Of a DNA stretch of 64,000 nucleotides, positions 9,548 through 18,035 are shown in pieces (position 1 is the stretch's first letter; each line of letters opens with the position of its first letter). This DNA is from Cyanobacteriota bacterium. GTDB taxonomy: Bacteria > Cyanobacteriota > Cyanobacteriia > PCC-6307 > Cyanobiaceae. A program made the translations under genes and the position numbers. The stretch spans positions 64,001 through 128,000 of the forward strand of contig JBJOMY010000003.1 of the NCBI GenBank assembly GCA_046052125.1, written 5' to 3'. Below the pieces are notes generated by a model. That model did not search any database. It had not been told where the DNA came from and was given only the letters and a program-made list of their open reading frames with translations.

Positions 9548-9681
9548 GGCAGCAGGGCAGTCCTCTGCTGTTGCCGCAGCATCCATCCACTGATCAAGGC
9601 CTGCCTGCGTGTCACCTGTCGGGCTGCTTGAGACCGCCGCGCCCGTGATACCTGCGGTTCAGATTGCTTAGCCTGGGGGCC

Positions 9682-9900
9682 ATGACCAACCCCCAGCTCA
9701 CCGAGAACCTGCTCGCCGTGATCCGCAGCCTGCCGGCTGACGATCGCCGCTGGCTGCTCAGGCAGCTGGAGCAGGACAACAGTGACCTGAGTCACGGTGC
9801 CCTGGCTGAGATGGCGATGGCCGGGGGAGCCTTTGACGACCTGGCCGCTGAACCTGAGCTCTACAGCTTCTCCGACGGAGAAGCGATCGTTGCCGGCTGA
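9682..9900 (+). CDS. Putative antitoxin
   Basis: Small acidic ORF coupled (TGATG) to the PemK/MazF gene. Confidence 0.65.
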   Translation: MTNPQLTENLLAVIRSLPADDRRWLLRQLEQDNSDLSHGALAEMAMAGGAFDDLAAEPELYSFSDGEAIVAG

Positions 9901-10247
9901 TGCTCAGCCGCTACGACATCGTGCTTGTCGCCTTCCCTTTCACGGATGGGCCGGCGGCCAAGCCTCGCCCGGCTTTGGTGATCACCACCAGTGATCGCCA
10001 TGGGGATGTGCTGCTGGCCTTCATCAGCTCCAACATCAGCGGCCCAACGGCCAGCGATGAGCTCGACATCCCAGCCGACCATCCAGGCTTCTCAGACACC
10101 GGCCTGAAGGTGAGCTCAAGGCTGCGGCTCAGCCGCATGACAACGCTGGCCATGCCACTCGTGAAACGGCGCATCGGACGACTGCCGCTGGCCTTGCAGA
10201 CGAACTGCCAGCAGGTGCTGCAGCGGGTGATCGGCGCCCAAGGCTGA
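9900..10247 (+). CDS. PemK/MazF family toxin
   Basis: DIVLVAFPFTD...KPRPALVI...TGLKVSS...IGRL. Confidence 0.9.
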   Translation: MLSRYDIVLVAFPFTDGPAAKPRPALVITTSDRHGDVLLAFISSNISGPTASDELDIPADHPGFSDTGLKVSSRLRLSRMTTLAMPLVKRRIGRLPLALQTNCQQVLQRVIGAQG

Positions 10248-10323
10248 ACGCTCTCCTGTGGGGCAGTTCGTGTCGCCTCGGCAATAGCCCCTGACATCAA
10301 TGGGGCCCGGCCCCACCTGTGCC

Positions 10324-11253
10324 ATGGGCCTCACCCTGATCGAGGCAGCCAAATACGAGCACCGGCTTGAGCACCTGGCTGTGCTCAAGACCTTCTCGGA
10401 GGGCGAACTGCTCGCCCGGCTGCCGTTCATGAACATCGCCGGCAGCGGCCTCTTCTATTCCGCCGAGCAGGAGCTGCCCTCGGTGGGCTTCCGCGCCGTG
10501 AACGAGGGCTACACCCAGAGCTACGGCGTGGTGGATCAGCGCGCAGAAGCGGTGCACCTCTTTGGTGGTGATGTGGATGTGGACCGCTCGATCGTGGACC
10601 TGATGGGCCCTGAGGCCCGCGCCAGCCAGATCGAGATGAAGGTGCGCTCGATGCGCCTCACCCTGGAGGCGACCGTGATCAACGGCGACACCGCCAGCAA
10701 CCCCCGCGCCTTTGACGGCTTGAGCAAGCGCCTGCCGCCCGGCAACCCGATGGCGATCAACAACGCCTCCGGTGCCATTCCCGGTGCGCCGCTGAATTTC
10801 GATCGGCTTGATGAGCTGATCGATTCAGTGAATGCCTACGGCGGCAGCAAGGTGCTGGTGATGAGCAAGGCGATGCGCCGCCAGCTCAATGCTCTCGCCC
10901 GCGCCTCCATCGGCGGTGGTGTGTACCAGACCAGCACCAACTCCTACGGGATGACGGTGCACCGCTACCAGGACTGCGACATCCTCACCGTCGACCGCGA
11001 TGCCCAGGGCGTCGAGGTGATGGGCTACGACGAGGCGGGCGGCACCAGCTCGATCTACTGCTGCACCTTTGGCGATCAGGGCGTGACCGGCCTGCAGGGC
11101 CCGTTCCAGGGCCGCTATGGGATCTCGGTGCGGGACCTGGGCGAGGTGCCCGATGCCCCGGTGTTCCGCACCCGCGTGGATTGGTACGTGGGCTTTGCCG
11201 TGCTGCAGCCCCGCGCCGCCGGCCGTCTGTTCAACATCACCCCCGCTGCCTGA
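10324..11253 (+). CDS. Major capsid protein (HK97-fold, resembles the epsilon15 gp7-like family)
   Basis: MGLTLIEAAK...LPSVGFRAVNEG...GGDVDVDR...INGD...FDGL...TSSIY...RTRVDWYVG. Confidence 0.85.
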   Translation: MGLTLIEAAKYEHRLEHLAVLKTFSEGELLARLPFMNIAGSGLFYSAEQELPSVGFRAVNEGYTQSYGVVDQRAEAVHLFGGDVDVDRSIVDLMGPEARASQIEMKVRSMRLTLEATVINGDTASNPRAFDGLSKRLPPGNPMAINNASGAIPGAPLNFDRLDELIDSVNAYGGSKVLVMSKAMRRQLNALARASIGGGVYQTSTNSYGMTVHRYQDCDILTVDRDAQGVEVMGYDEAGGTSSIYCCTFGDQGVTGLQGPFQGRYGISVRDLGEVPDAPVFRTRVDWYVGFAVLQPRAAGRLFNITPAA

Positions 11254-11256
11254 GCC

Positions 11257-11694
11257 ATGGCCCTCACAAACGGCAACCCCTTGATCGATGCGGAGACCAC
11301 CCTGGTGGGCTGGACCAACCGCAGCGCCATCCGCAACACAGAGCACACCTTCCTCTCCGGAGAGGAGGTGCTGCTCAACACCAAGCTCGATGCGGCCTCC
11401 CGCTTCTCGCTGGTGGCCTCCCATCCCGGCGCGCCTGCCGCGGTGGAGGTGGAACTGCTGCTGGCACCGGTACTGCGCGATGGCACCACCGGCAGCTGGA
11501 TCAGTGCCGTCCGCGTTGCCCTACCGGCAGAAGGCGGCCGGGTGGAGGCATTTCTTTCCGGCCATGACATCCAGATCACACCGGCGGATCTGCCCAACCT
11601 CGATCTGCCGGCGGTGTGTTTCGCCAAGGCGCTCGTGACCCCGACCACCCCGGCGGGCATGCACGCGGGCCTGACGGCCACGATTGCGGCCTGA
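11257..11694 (+). CDS. Putative capsid decoration/cement protein
   Basis: 145-aa beta-rich ORF 3 bp after the capsid gene. Confidence 0.5.
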   Translation: MALTNGNPLIDAETTLVGWTNRSAIRNTEHTFLSGEEVLLNTKLDAASRFSLVASHPGAPAAVEVELLLAPVLRDGTTGSWISAVRVALPAEGGRVEAFLSGHDIQITPADLPNLDLPAVCFAKALVTPTTPAGMHAGLTATIAA

Positions 11695-11698
11695 GCCC

Positions 11699-12121
11699 AT
11701 GGCCCGCAAACGCTCCACCAGCCCTGCAGAGGAACCGGCAGCCGAGGAGCAGCCGGCGCAGCCCACGCCGATCGAGCTTCCACCCGCCGCCGCAACCCGC
11801 CACGACCTGGGGGATCCCACCGTGCCGGCCGGCCTGGTGCGCATCAGCAACGGCAGCGGTGAGCGCTTCATCTGGCCGGTGCACCTGGGCGGCTGGCAAC
11901 AACAGGGCTGGACCCTGATCGCTGCCGCCACCGGCCTTCAGATCACGCCGGCACCAACAGCGCCTGCAGCAGTGATCGAGGTGCCGCTGGCCGCAGCAAC
12001 GCCAGAGGCGAGCACAGTCGAACCAATCCCAGACGACGCCGAGTCCGAGTTGGCAGCCACCTGGGAGCTGGAAAGCAGCGCCACAAGCGAGGCGCTGCTG
12101 CTCGACGACCCGCTGCTTTGA
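11699..12121 (+). CDS. Hypothetical virion-associated protein
   Basis: ATG at 11699; Pro/Ala/Glu-rich with a central WPVHLGGWQQQGW motif; in the capsid operon. Confidence 0.55.
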   Translation: MARKRSTSPAEEPAAEEQPAQPTPIELPPAAATRHDLGDPTVPAGLVRISNGSGERFIWPVHLGGWQQQGWTLIAAATGLQITPAPTAPAAVIEVPLAAATPEASTVEPIPDDAESELAATWELESSATSEALLLDDPLL

Positions 12122-12124
12122 GGG

Positions 12125-12913
12125 GTGATCGCTTCCGTGCGCTCCTTTCTTCCCTCCCAAGCGAGCAGCACGGCAGCCAGCCCGCAGCTGATTCGCGTGC
12201 TGCCTCCTCTGGGCTGCCCGGGCGAGAGCGTGTGGGTGCCTCCCGTGGAGGTGAGCCGCTGGGAGCAGCAGGGCTACCGCCGCGCTCCCATCCCCGCCGC
12301 ACCGCTGGAGTTGGCCTGGCTGCCGGATGCGCCTGTGCCCCTGGACCCAGCTGGCAGCACCGCGGTGTTGCTGCTGCTCCAGGCCCGGCCACCGTTGCCA
12401 ACGGCGCTGTCGCTGGATTGGGGTGACGGCAGCGTTGAAACCTGGCCCTGGCCCCGCGGCGACAATGCGCCGCGGCTCCGCCATGCCTATACCTGCGCCC
12501 AGGACTGGCAGGTTTCGGCAGAACTGAGCGGCAGCGGCATCAGCGCCGAGCTGGCGGTGCATCTGCTGGGCTGCCCGATTTGGCCGCCACCGCCACCCCT
12601 GCCGCCGGGGGCGATTCAGCCGCTCATCCCCGGCAGTGGCCTGCTCGGCCAACCGTTTGATGGCCGGCGCCGCGAGCAGTGGCAGCTGCAGCGCTGGAGT
12701 GGCGGCACCAGCAGCGGCGGCGTACCAGCCAGCGATGGCTCCAGCACCCGCTTCCTGCGGGCCGATGGCCTCTGGGCCACCCCGCCGGGCAGTGGCGGTG
12801 GCACCCGCTGGTGGAGCGGCGAGGGGCCACCCGGAGTGCTCCCTGATGCCCAAGCGGGTGACTTCTATCTCGACACCCGCAGCGGTGATCTCTACCAACT
12901 GGAGCTGAGCTGA
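12125..12913 (+). CDS. Putative fibre-base protein with PKD/Ig-like segment
   Basis: LDWGDGS...HAY (PKD-like), RFLRADGLWATP fibre-type motif, C-terminal GDFYLDTRSGDLY. Confidence 0.6.
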   Translation: MIASVRSFLPSQASSTAASPQLIRVLPPLGCPGESVWVPPVEVSRWEQQGYRRAPIPAAPLELAWLPDAPVPLDPAGSTAVLLLLQARPPLPTALSLDWGDGSVETWPWPRGDNAPRLRHAYTCAQDWQVSAELSGSGISAELAVHLLGCPIWPPPPPLPPGAIQPLIPGSGLLGQPFDGRRREQWQLQRWSGGTSSGGVPASDGSSTRFLRADGLWATPPGSGGGTRWWSGEGPPGVLPDAQAGDFYLDTRSGDLYQLELS

Positions 12914-13380
12914 TGCCCTGGACCCACAGCACCAACCTCAAGGGGCCTTCGATGCTGCGGCTGGCGCGGCTACCGGCGGCGCTGAGCACCAGCTCCGGCA
13001 CCAGTTGGCTCACCTTGTTCACCACACCGCTGGCGGCGCAGCAGGTGCTCTCCTTTGCGGCGGAGCTCTACTTCTCCAGCGGCGCCAACAACACCGGCCT
13101 GGTGACCACCCTCTCTGGCCCCGCCGGGCCGCATGCGGTGATTCACAACCTGGTGACGGGTGAATCGCTCACCACCTTCCGCAACCTCACCGCCAGCAGC
13201 TACGACACGCCCCTGATCGGCACCAGCTCCGCCGGCAGTTCGGTGCTCAGGGCTCAGGTGAGCGGCACGGTGGAGAACGGCGCCAATGCCGGCAACCTCA
13301 GCCTGCGTTTTCGCTCAGAGGTGGCCGGCACCGCGGTGACAGTGCTGCGCGGCTCCTGGTGGCAAGTGCTGCAGCACTGA
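12913..13380 (+). CDS. Putative fibre-tip beta-sandwich protein
   Basis: TGATG-coupled to the previous gene; Ser/Thr-rich beta pattern resembling collagen-associated C-terminal head domains. Confidence 0.5.
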   Translation: MPWTHSTNLKGPSMLRLARLPAALSTSSGTSWLTLFTTPLAAQQVLSFAAELYFSSGANNTGLVTTLSGPAGPHAVIHNLVTGESLTTFRNLTASSYDTPLIGTSSAGSSVLRAQVSGTVENGANAGNLSLRFRSEVAGTAVTVLRGSWWQVLQH

Positions 13381-13450
13381 GCTGCGTTCACTCCAGCTCA
13401 CCAACGGCAATAGGGAGTGTTCTCTCTGGCCCTTGGGCCGCTGCTCTGTC

Positions 13451-14011
13451 ATGGCCTGGATTCCCTCCGGTTCACTCAAGGGTCCGCACGGTGATCCCGG
13501 CCCCCAGGGCCCCCAGGGGGTGCAAGGCCAACCCGGTGCCGATGGTGCCCAGGGCGTGCAAGGCCCGCAGGGACCTGCGGGGATACAGGGCGTCGCCGGC
13601 CCAGAAGGACCCCAGGGCCAGCAGGGCATCCAGGGTGCCCCGGGTCTGGGCATCACCTTCAAGGGGCACGTGCCCACGGTGGCGGATCTGCCCGCCGATG
13701 CCGCCCAGGGCGATGCCTACATCGTGCAGGCCGATGACTCCTTCCGCGTCTGGGACGCCACCAGCAGCACCTGGGTGGATGGGGGTTCGATCCAGGGACC
13801 CCAGGGCATCGCCGGCCCGCAGGGACCGCAAGGCCTGCAGGGAGAGCCCGGCCCCCAGGGCCTGCAGGGGGTGGAGGGCCCCAGTGGCCCCCAGGGCAAC
13901 CGCGGCACCGGCTGGTTCACCGGCAGTGGCGCACCCACCACCATTTCCGGCTCCATGCCGGGTGATCTGTACCTGGATCAGACCAGCGGCGATGTGTACG
14001 TGCTGAGCTGA
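13451..14011 (+). CDS. Collagen-like fibre protein
   Basis: Two Gly-X-Y runs (GPQGPQGVQG...) separated by a small knob domain. Confidence 0.9.
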   Translation: MAWIPSGSLKGPHGDPGPQGPQGVQGQPGADGAQGVQGPQGPAGIQGVAGPEGPQGQQGIQGAPGLGITFKGHVPTVADLPADAAQGDAYIVQADDSFRVWDATSSTWVDGGSIQGPQGIAGPQGPQGLQGEPGPQGLQGVEGPSGPQGNRGTGWFTGSGAPTTISGSMPGDLYLDQTSGDVYVLS

Positions 14012-14056
14012 GGCCCGGCGTGGCGTGCTGATCACGCCCGCCGAGCCGGGATGGGC

Positions 14057-14410
14057 TCAGGCCAGCATCAGCCGGCGCTGCGCCTCGAGCTGGGAGCGCC
14101 GCAGCAGCTCCTGCTCGGCCAGCAGCCGCTCATCGAGCTCATCGATGCGGGCCAGGCACTGCTGGATCGCGGGAATCACCTCTTCCTCCAGCAGGGTGAT
14201 CTCCTCTTCTCCATAGGGCTGCTCAATCCAGGTGCGCCGCAGCGCCAGCCCGCGCCGGCGCAGCAGGATCTCCTGCACGGAGCGGAGCGTGGATTCCAGC
14301 AACAGAAAGGGATCTTCCTCTGGTTTGCAGAACGCACCTTCCGGTGCGATAGGCCGGCAGAACGGTGATTCCGCGGAAGGCGGGATGCCAGCAGCAGAGC
14401 GTGTGGCCAT
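14057..14410 (-). CDS. Hypothetical protein (117 aa, coiled coil)
   Basis: ATG-started ORF with protein-like helical composition filling the gap. Confidence 0.6.
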   Translation of the reverse strand: MATRSAAGIPPSAESPFCRPIAPEGAFCKPEEDPFLLLESTLRSVQEILLRRRGLALRRTWIEQPYGEEEITLLEEEVIPAIQQCLARIDELDERLLAEQELLRRSQLEAQRRLMLA

Positions 14411-14520
14411 GACGATCGGCGCCGAGAGCGGCGCAGCGACGGGACCGATCCCAGCGGAGGCCCGACCGCAGGAGGGCCTCAGACTGGAGAGGCCCCGAGC
14501 CAGCCAGCTTCAGGGTCGGC

Positions 14521-14997
14521 TCAAGGCAGTCGACGCGTCAGTTGCTGCAGGCGTTCCGCGGCCTGTGTGGCTTCCTGCAAGAGCTGATCCCAGTCGTCCG
14601 GCGGATGGCCGCTGGCCAGCATCGACTGGAACACCCGGTAGGCATCGCTCTTGCTGCCGTAGGCGCGCTTGGTGTCGGTGTCGTTGACCCAGCCCAACAC
14701 GATCAGCCGTGAGCGGGTGTGAAACCGGAAGAACAAGCGGTATTGCTGAAAGAACTTGGCGCGTCGCCAGTGGCGATGCGCAGCGCCAAGGGTTGATCCC
14801 TGCTGATACTCCTTGCGGCTGGGGTCCTGGGGGATGTCCTGGAGCATCAGGCGGGTGATGGCCGCCAGGCGCTTGCTGGCGTTTTTGCTGCCATAGCCCT
14901 GTGGATCCTTGGCGCGCAACGCCTCCACCTCAGCGATCAACGCGTCCAGCTGATCCAGAAACAAGGGATGCGCATAGATCGTCCATCCGTTGATCAC
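14521..14997 (-). CDS. yhaV: YhaV family toxin (type II TA)
   Basis: INGWTIYAHPLF, QGSTLG..HRHWRRAKFFQQYRLFFRF, WVND..TKRAYGS. Confidence 0.92.
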   Translation of the reverse strand: MINGWTIYAHPLFLDQLDALIAEVEALRAKDPQGYGSKNASKRLAAITRLMLQDIPQDPSRKEYQQGSTLGAAHRHWRRAKFFQQYRLFFRFHTRSRLIVLGWVNDTDTKRAYGSKSDAYRVFQSMLASGHPPDDWDQLLQEATQAAERLQQLTRRLP

Positions 14998-15365
14998 GCG
15001 TCGTCTGGCAGCGCTTCCTCCAGATCAACCTCGATGCCGCCCACCAGATCCTGCAGCCGCTCAACCAGCTCGGCACCGATGGGCTGCAGCCGCTCGGGAT
15101 GGTTGGCGATGTCCTGCTCCAGCAGCGCCAGAAAGGGAGCCAGTGCCGGGTCGTCGTTGTCTGAATCTGCGCTGACCCGTTGCATCACCACCTCACCGTT
15201 GGCGCGGAAGGCGTAGCGGATGCGGTCGCGCTTGCGCAAACCAAGAGCCCGCCGCACCGGTTGCGGCACGGTGGTCTGATAGCGATCCGTGAGTGCCGAT
15301 TCCACCTCGTCCTGGGGGGTGCCCAGGGAGGCGCCAGCAACATCAGGAGTGGAAAGAGGAGCCAT
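14994..15365 (-). CDS. prlF: PrlF/SohA family antitoxin
   Basis: ESALTDRYQTTVP..VRRALGL, DPALAPFLALLEQDI..HPERL; 4-bp overlap with yhaV. Confidence 0.92.
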   Translation of the reverse strand: MAPLSTPDVAGASLGTPQDEVESALTDRYQTTVPQPVRRALGLRKRDRIRYAFRANGEVVMQRVSADSDNDDPALAPFLALLEQDIANHPERLQPIGAELVERLQDLVGGIEVDLEEALPDDA

Positions 15366-15390
15366 CAGGCCGCCCGCTGAACCTGACACC

Positions 15391-15414
15391 AAAGTAATGC
15401 AGGTGCATTGCCTT
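15391..15414. promoter_or_regulatory. Probable PrlF-YhaV autoregulatory operator
   Basis: Imperfect palindrome AAAGTAATGCA-GG-TGCATTGCCTT about 25 bp upstream of prlF. Confidence 0.55.
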
Positions 15415-15722
15415 GGCGAGGTTGGCGGCTCTGCGCACACGCCTCGGCGCCTTCCGATGGTCGCTCCTGTGCCTTTGGTTGCGCGGTGTTGTCACCCTTT
15501 TCACTAGGGCAGCGGCTCAGCCAGATCAGGCTGGTGGCCTGCATTTTCAGCTCACGCCATGCTCCGTATTCACGGCGACAGAAGCAGCCTTTTGGCAGCC
15601 CTGGCGGCCCACTGGGCCGAACAGCAACTGCAAATCCCGCCGTCGCTGCGGCCTGTGCTACGGCCGATCCACCGCCAGCCAAGGGGCGTGCGCTGAAGGA
15701 ACAGGCCGGAGCAATAAGGCCC

Positions 15723-16352
15723 TCAGCCCCCGCCCACCAACTGCAGGCGCAGGGCGGCGATGGCCTTTTTCTGGGCTCGCTGCACCGCCATGGCGCTGAT
15801 GCCCAGCTTGAGCCCAGCGGCCCGTAGCGACAGCCCCTCCAGCAGGGTGAGCCGCAACGCAGTGGCCTGTGGGGCTGGCAGCTGCTCGACCAGCTGCTCC
15901 ACGGCCAGCTCCTCAGCCCCAAGGCCTGAGGCCAGCTCGGCTGCAGGAGCTTCCAGCTGATCGAGCAGAGAGTGCTCGCCTTCCACCTGGACATCGAGGC
16001 TGACGTGGCCCAGCGGGCAGGTGCCCTTCTCGTGCTGCCGGCGGGAGATGCGCACCAGCCGCACTCGATCGCGCAGGTGGTGGTGCAGCGCCCCGGTGAT
16101 GCAGCGACGCAGATAGGGCTCCGCCGGCTCGCCGGGCTTGCAGCGCGGCACCGAGCGCAGCAGGGCCTCGCGGGCCACCTGGATCAGATCATCCCGCTCC
16201 ACCAGCGGGAACAGGCGCCGGGCCATGACGGAGGCGATGGCATCAGCCAGTGGCAGGTGCTGCAGCACCAGGGCATCGCGCGCAGCAAGGGATGCAGCCG
16301 GCAGGGCAGAGGCCTGCGGCTGGCGCCGGGACGGGGAAGCAAGGGCAGCCAT
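15723..16352 (-). CDS. Alternative sigma-70 factor (group 3, SigF/FliA-like, compact)
   Basis: RDALVLQHLPLA..IA (region 2.1), DDLIQVA, ITGALHHHLRDRVRLVRISR, VSLD, region 4 HTH LSLRAAGLKLGISAMAVQR. Confidence 0.85.
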   Translation of the reverse strand: MAALASPSRRQPQASALPAASLAARDALVLQHLPLADAIASVMARRLFPLVERDDLIQVAREALLRSVPRCKPGEPAEPYLRRCITGALHHHLRDRVRLVRISRRQHEKGTCPLGHVSLDVQVEGEHSLLDQLEAPAAELASGLGAEELAVEQLVEQLPAPQATALRLTLLEGLSLRAAGLKLGISAMAVQRAQKKAIAALRLQLVGGG

Positions 16353-16629
16353 CGGAGGGACGGCACACAACCCCACCCCCAACGGCCGGCCGGATCGCCG
16401 CGGCAAGGACGCACCGCCGAGGCAGGGCCTCAAGGGGCGCCAGGCCTGATCCTTGCCATGGCGTGAGGACTGGCCAACGGGATGCGGTGGGTGTGCGCCG
16501 GCTCACTGGCGGACCATTCCCATGACGTAGCAACAGCAGGCGAGGCCGCAGCTGCCCCAGCAGAAGCGGTCACTGCATGGAAGCCGCACCGGCCTGGCGT
16601 CAACGAAAGGGGGCCGCAGCCCCCAGCCC

Positions 16630-16857
16630 TCAGAAGGGCAACAGCGCCTCCAGCTCGCGATCAGCAGGCGGCTCAGGCTGCTCCGCCTGACGCTCAGTGA
16701 GCAGATCATCCAGCAGAGCTGCCAGCCGGATCAGCCCGCGGCACCAGCACTCTTCTGAAAGCCAGAGCAGCAAGCCATCGCTGCTGGCTGAGAAGTGCAG
16801 CCGGCGGGCGGCATGCAGGTGAACAGGGGTGTGAGCGGGAAGGCAAAGCGTGGCCAT
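16630..16857 (-). CDS. Small hypothetical protein (75 aa)
   Basis: ATG at 16857, preceded by a hairpin element; acidic tail ending LLPF. Confidence 0.5.
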   Translation of the reverse strand: MATLCLPAHTPVHLHAARRLHFSASSDGLLLWLSEECWCRGLIRLAALLDDLLTERQAEQPEPPADRELEALLPF

Positions 16858-17027
16858 GGCGGACCCAGCGCAGGACCCCACCTCCAAGCGGGGCGGGGTC
16901 AAGGACCCGCGCCATTCGCTTGATGTGCCGCGTCATGCGGCACCAACGACAACCAACCGCGGGCATGGCTCCGATCCTTGACGCCGCCCCGCACCATGAA
17001 GAGGCCTGCGCGGCAAGGTCAGGGGGA

Positions 17028-18035
17028 TCACTCCCCCCCGCTCTCGGGGCAAACCAGATCGGCCGCTTTGCGGGCATCGCTGAGCACCTGCAGCAGCACC
17101 CGCGGCGACTCTTTGAGCAGCTCCACCCAGTGGCCCAGGTAGGCGGCGTGATTGGCCATGGCACTGCCGATCTCCAAGCGATCACCGAGCAGCACCGCCC
17201 CCAGCTCGGCCACCAGCTCTTCTCGGGCATAGGCCCGGCCGCCATCGCCTGCTTTGCCCATGCCGCCGGAGAGATCACGGGCCAGCCGGGAGCTGTGGCC
17301 TGTGGAATGGATCACCTCATGGGCCCAGGTGGCATAGAGGGCCCCTGCCGAGTGGAAGGCGGTGCGATCAGGGAGCTGGATGCGATCGGGCACCGGCAGG
17401 TAGCAGGCCCGATCTCCTGCAAAGCTCACGGGCACCGGCCAGGTGCTGAGCACCGCCTCAGCATCAGCCAGCCGCTCCGGCTCGGGCCGCCGCACGGCCC
17501 CCTCGGCCTGGCGGCGCTTCTGGATCAGCGCCTCCAGAGCCTCGCCTTCCAGATCGGCGGCATTGAATAGTGCCACCGGCCGATAGCTGACCCAGCTGGG
17601 GCCAGGCTGAACCGACTGCTGGCCATCGGCGCCAGGTAATACCTGGCCACCCTGAGCAACTGAGCCCGGCTCCGCCAGACGGCTTTCGACTCCCAGATGC
17701 ACCTGGGGCCGCAGCACATGCACCGCTTTGCTGCCCTTACGGGGAAAGATCCCCAGGGCCTTGGCCTCCGAGAAGCCACACCAGTAAGGCAGGGCTGATT
17801 CCCGCAGGTGCATGCCCAGGGTGAGCAGTGCCGGGTTTGCTCCACGGTAGCGGCGGCCGGAGAGCAGATTCACGTGATGGCCCCCCGAGGCGGCATCCCA
17901 CTCCCGCCTCCAAGGGGTGGTGCCGGCCTCCAGCAGGGCGACCAGGGAGGCCACCAGCTTCTCCTCAGGGGAGACCTTGGCAGCAGCAGCTCCCTTGGCT
18001 GGCCGGGCGGAACGGGATGGTGAGGCAACAGCCAC
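17028..18035 (-). CDS. ardC: ArdC-like ssDNA-binding antirestriction protein (DUF1738 plus zincin-like domain)
   Basis: LEAGTTPWRREW, NLLSGRRYRGAN, ACYLPVPDRIQLP, AHEVIHSTGH, YAREELVAELGA. GTG start at 18035 preferred; ORF is open from 18101. Confidence 0.9.
   Translation of the reverse strand: MAVASPSRSARPAKGAAAAKVSPEEKLVASLVALLEAGTTPWRREWDAASGGHHVNLLSGRRYRGANPALLTLGMHLRESALPYWCGFSEAKALGIFPRKGSKAVHVLRPQVHLGVESRLAEPGSVAQGGQVLPGADGQQSVQPGPSWVSYRPVALFNAADLEGEALEALIQKRRQAEGAVRRPEPERLADAEAVLSTWPVPVSFAGDRACYLPVPDRIQLPDRTAFHSAGALYATWAHEVIHSTGHSSRLARDLSGGMGKAGDGGRAYAREELVAELGAVLLGDRLEIGSAMANHAAYLGHWVELLKESPRVLLQVLSDARKAADLVCPESGGE

Noticed and set aside
11576..12898. 440-aa antisense ORF and similar long shadow ORFs (e.g. 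53904-55781, 36818-38329, 39769-41142)
   Set aside because: Antisense or off-frame shadows of clear genes, expected in high-GC DNA
13490..13900. Short GGCCCCCAGGG-type tandem repeats
   Set aside because: Explained by Gly-Pro-Gln collagen codons
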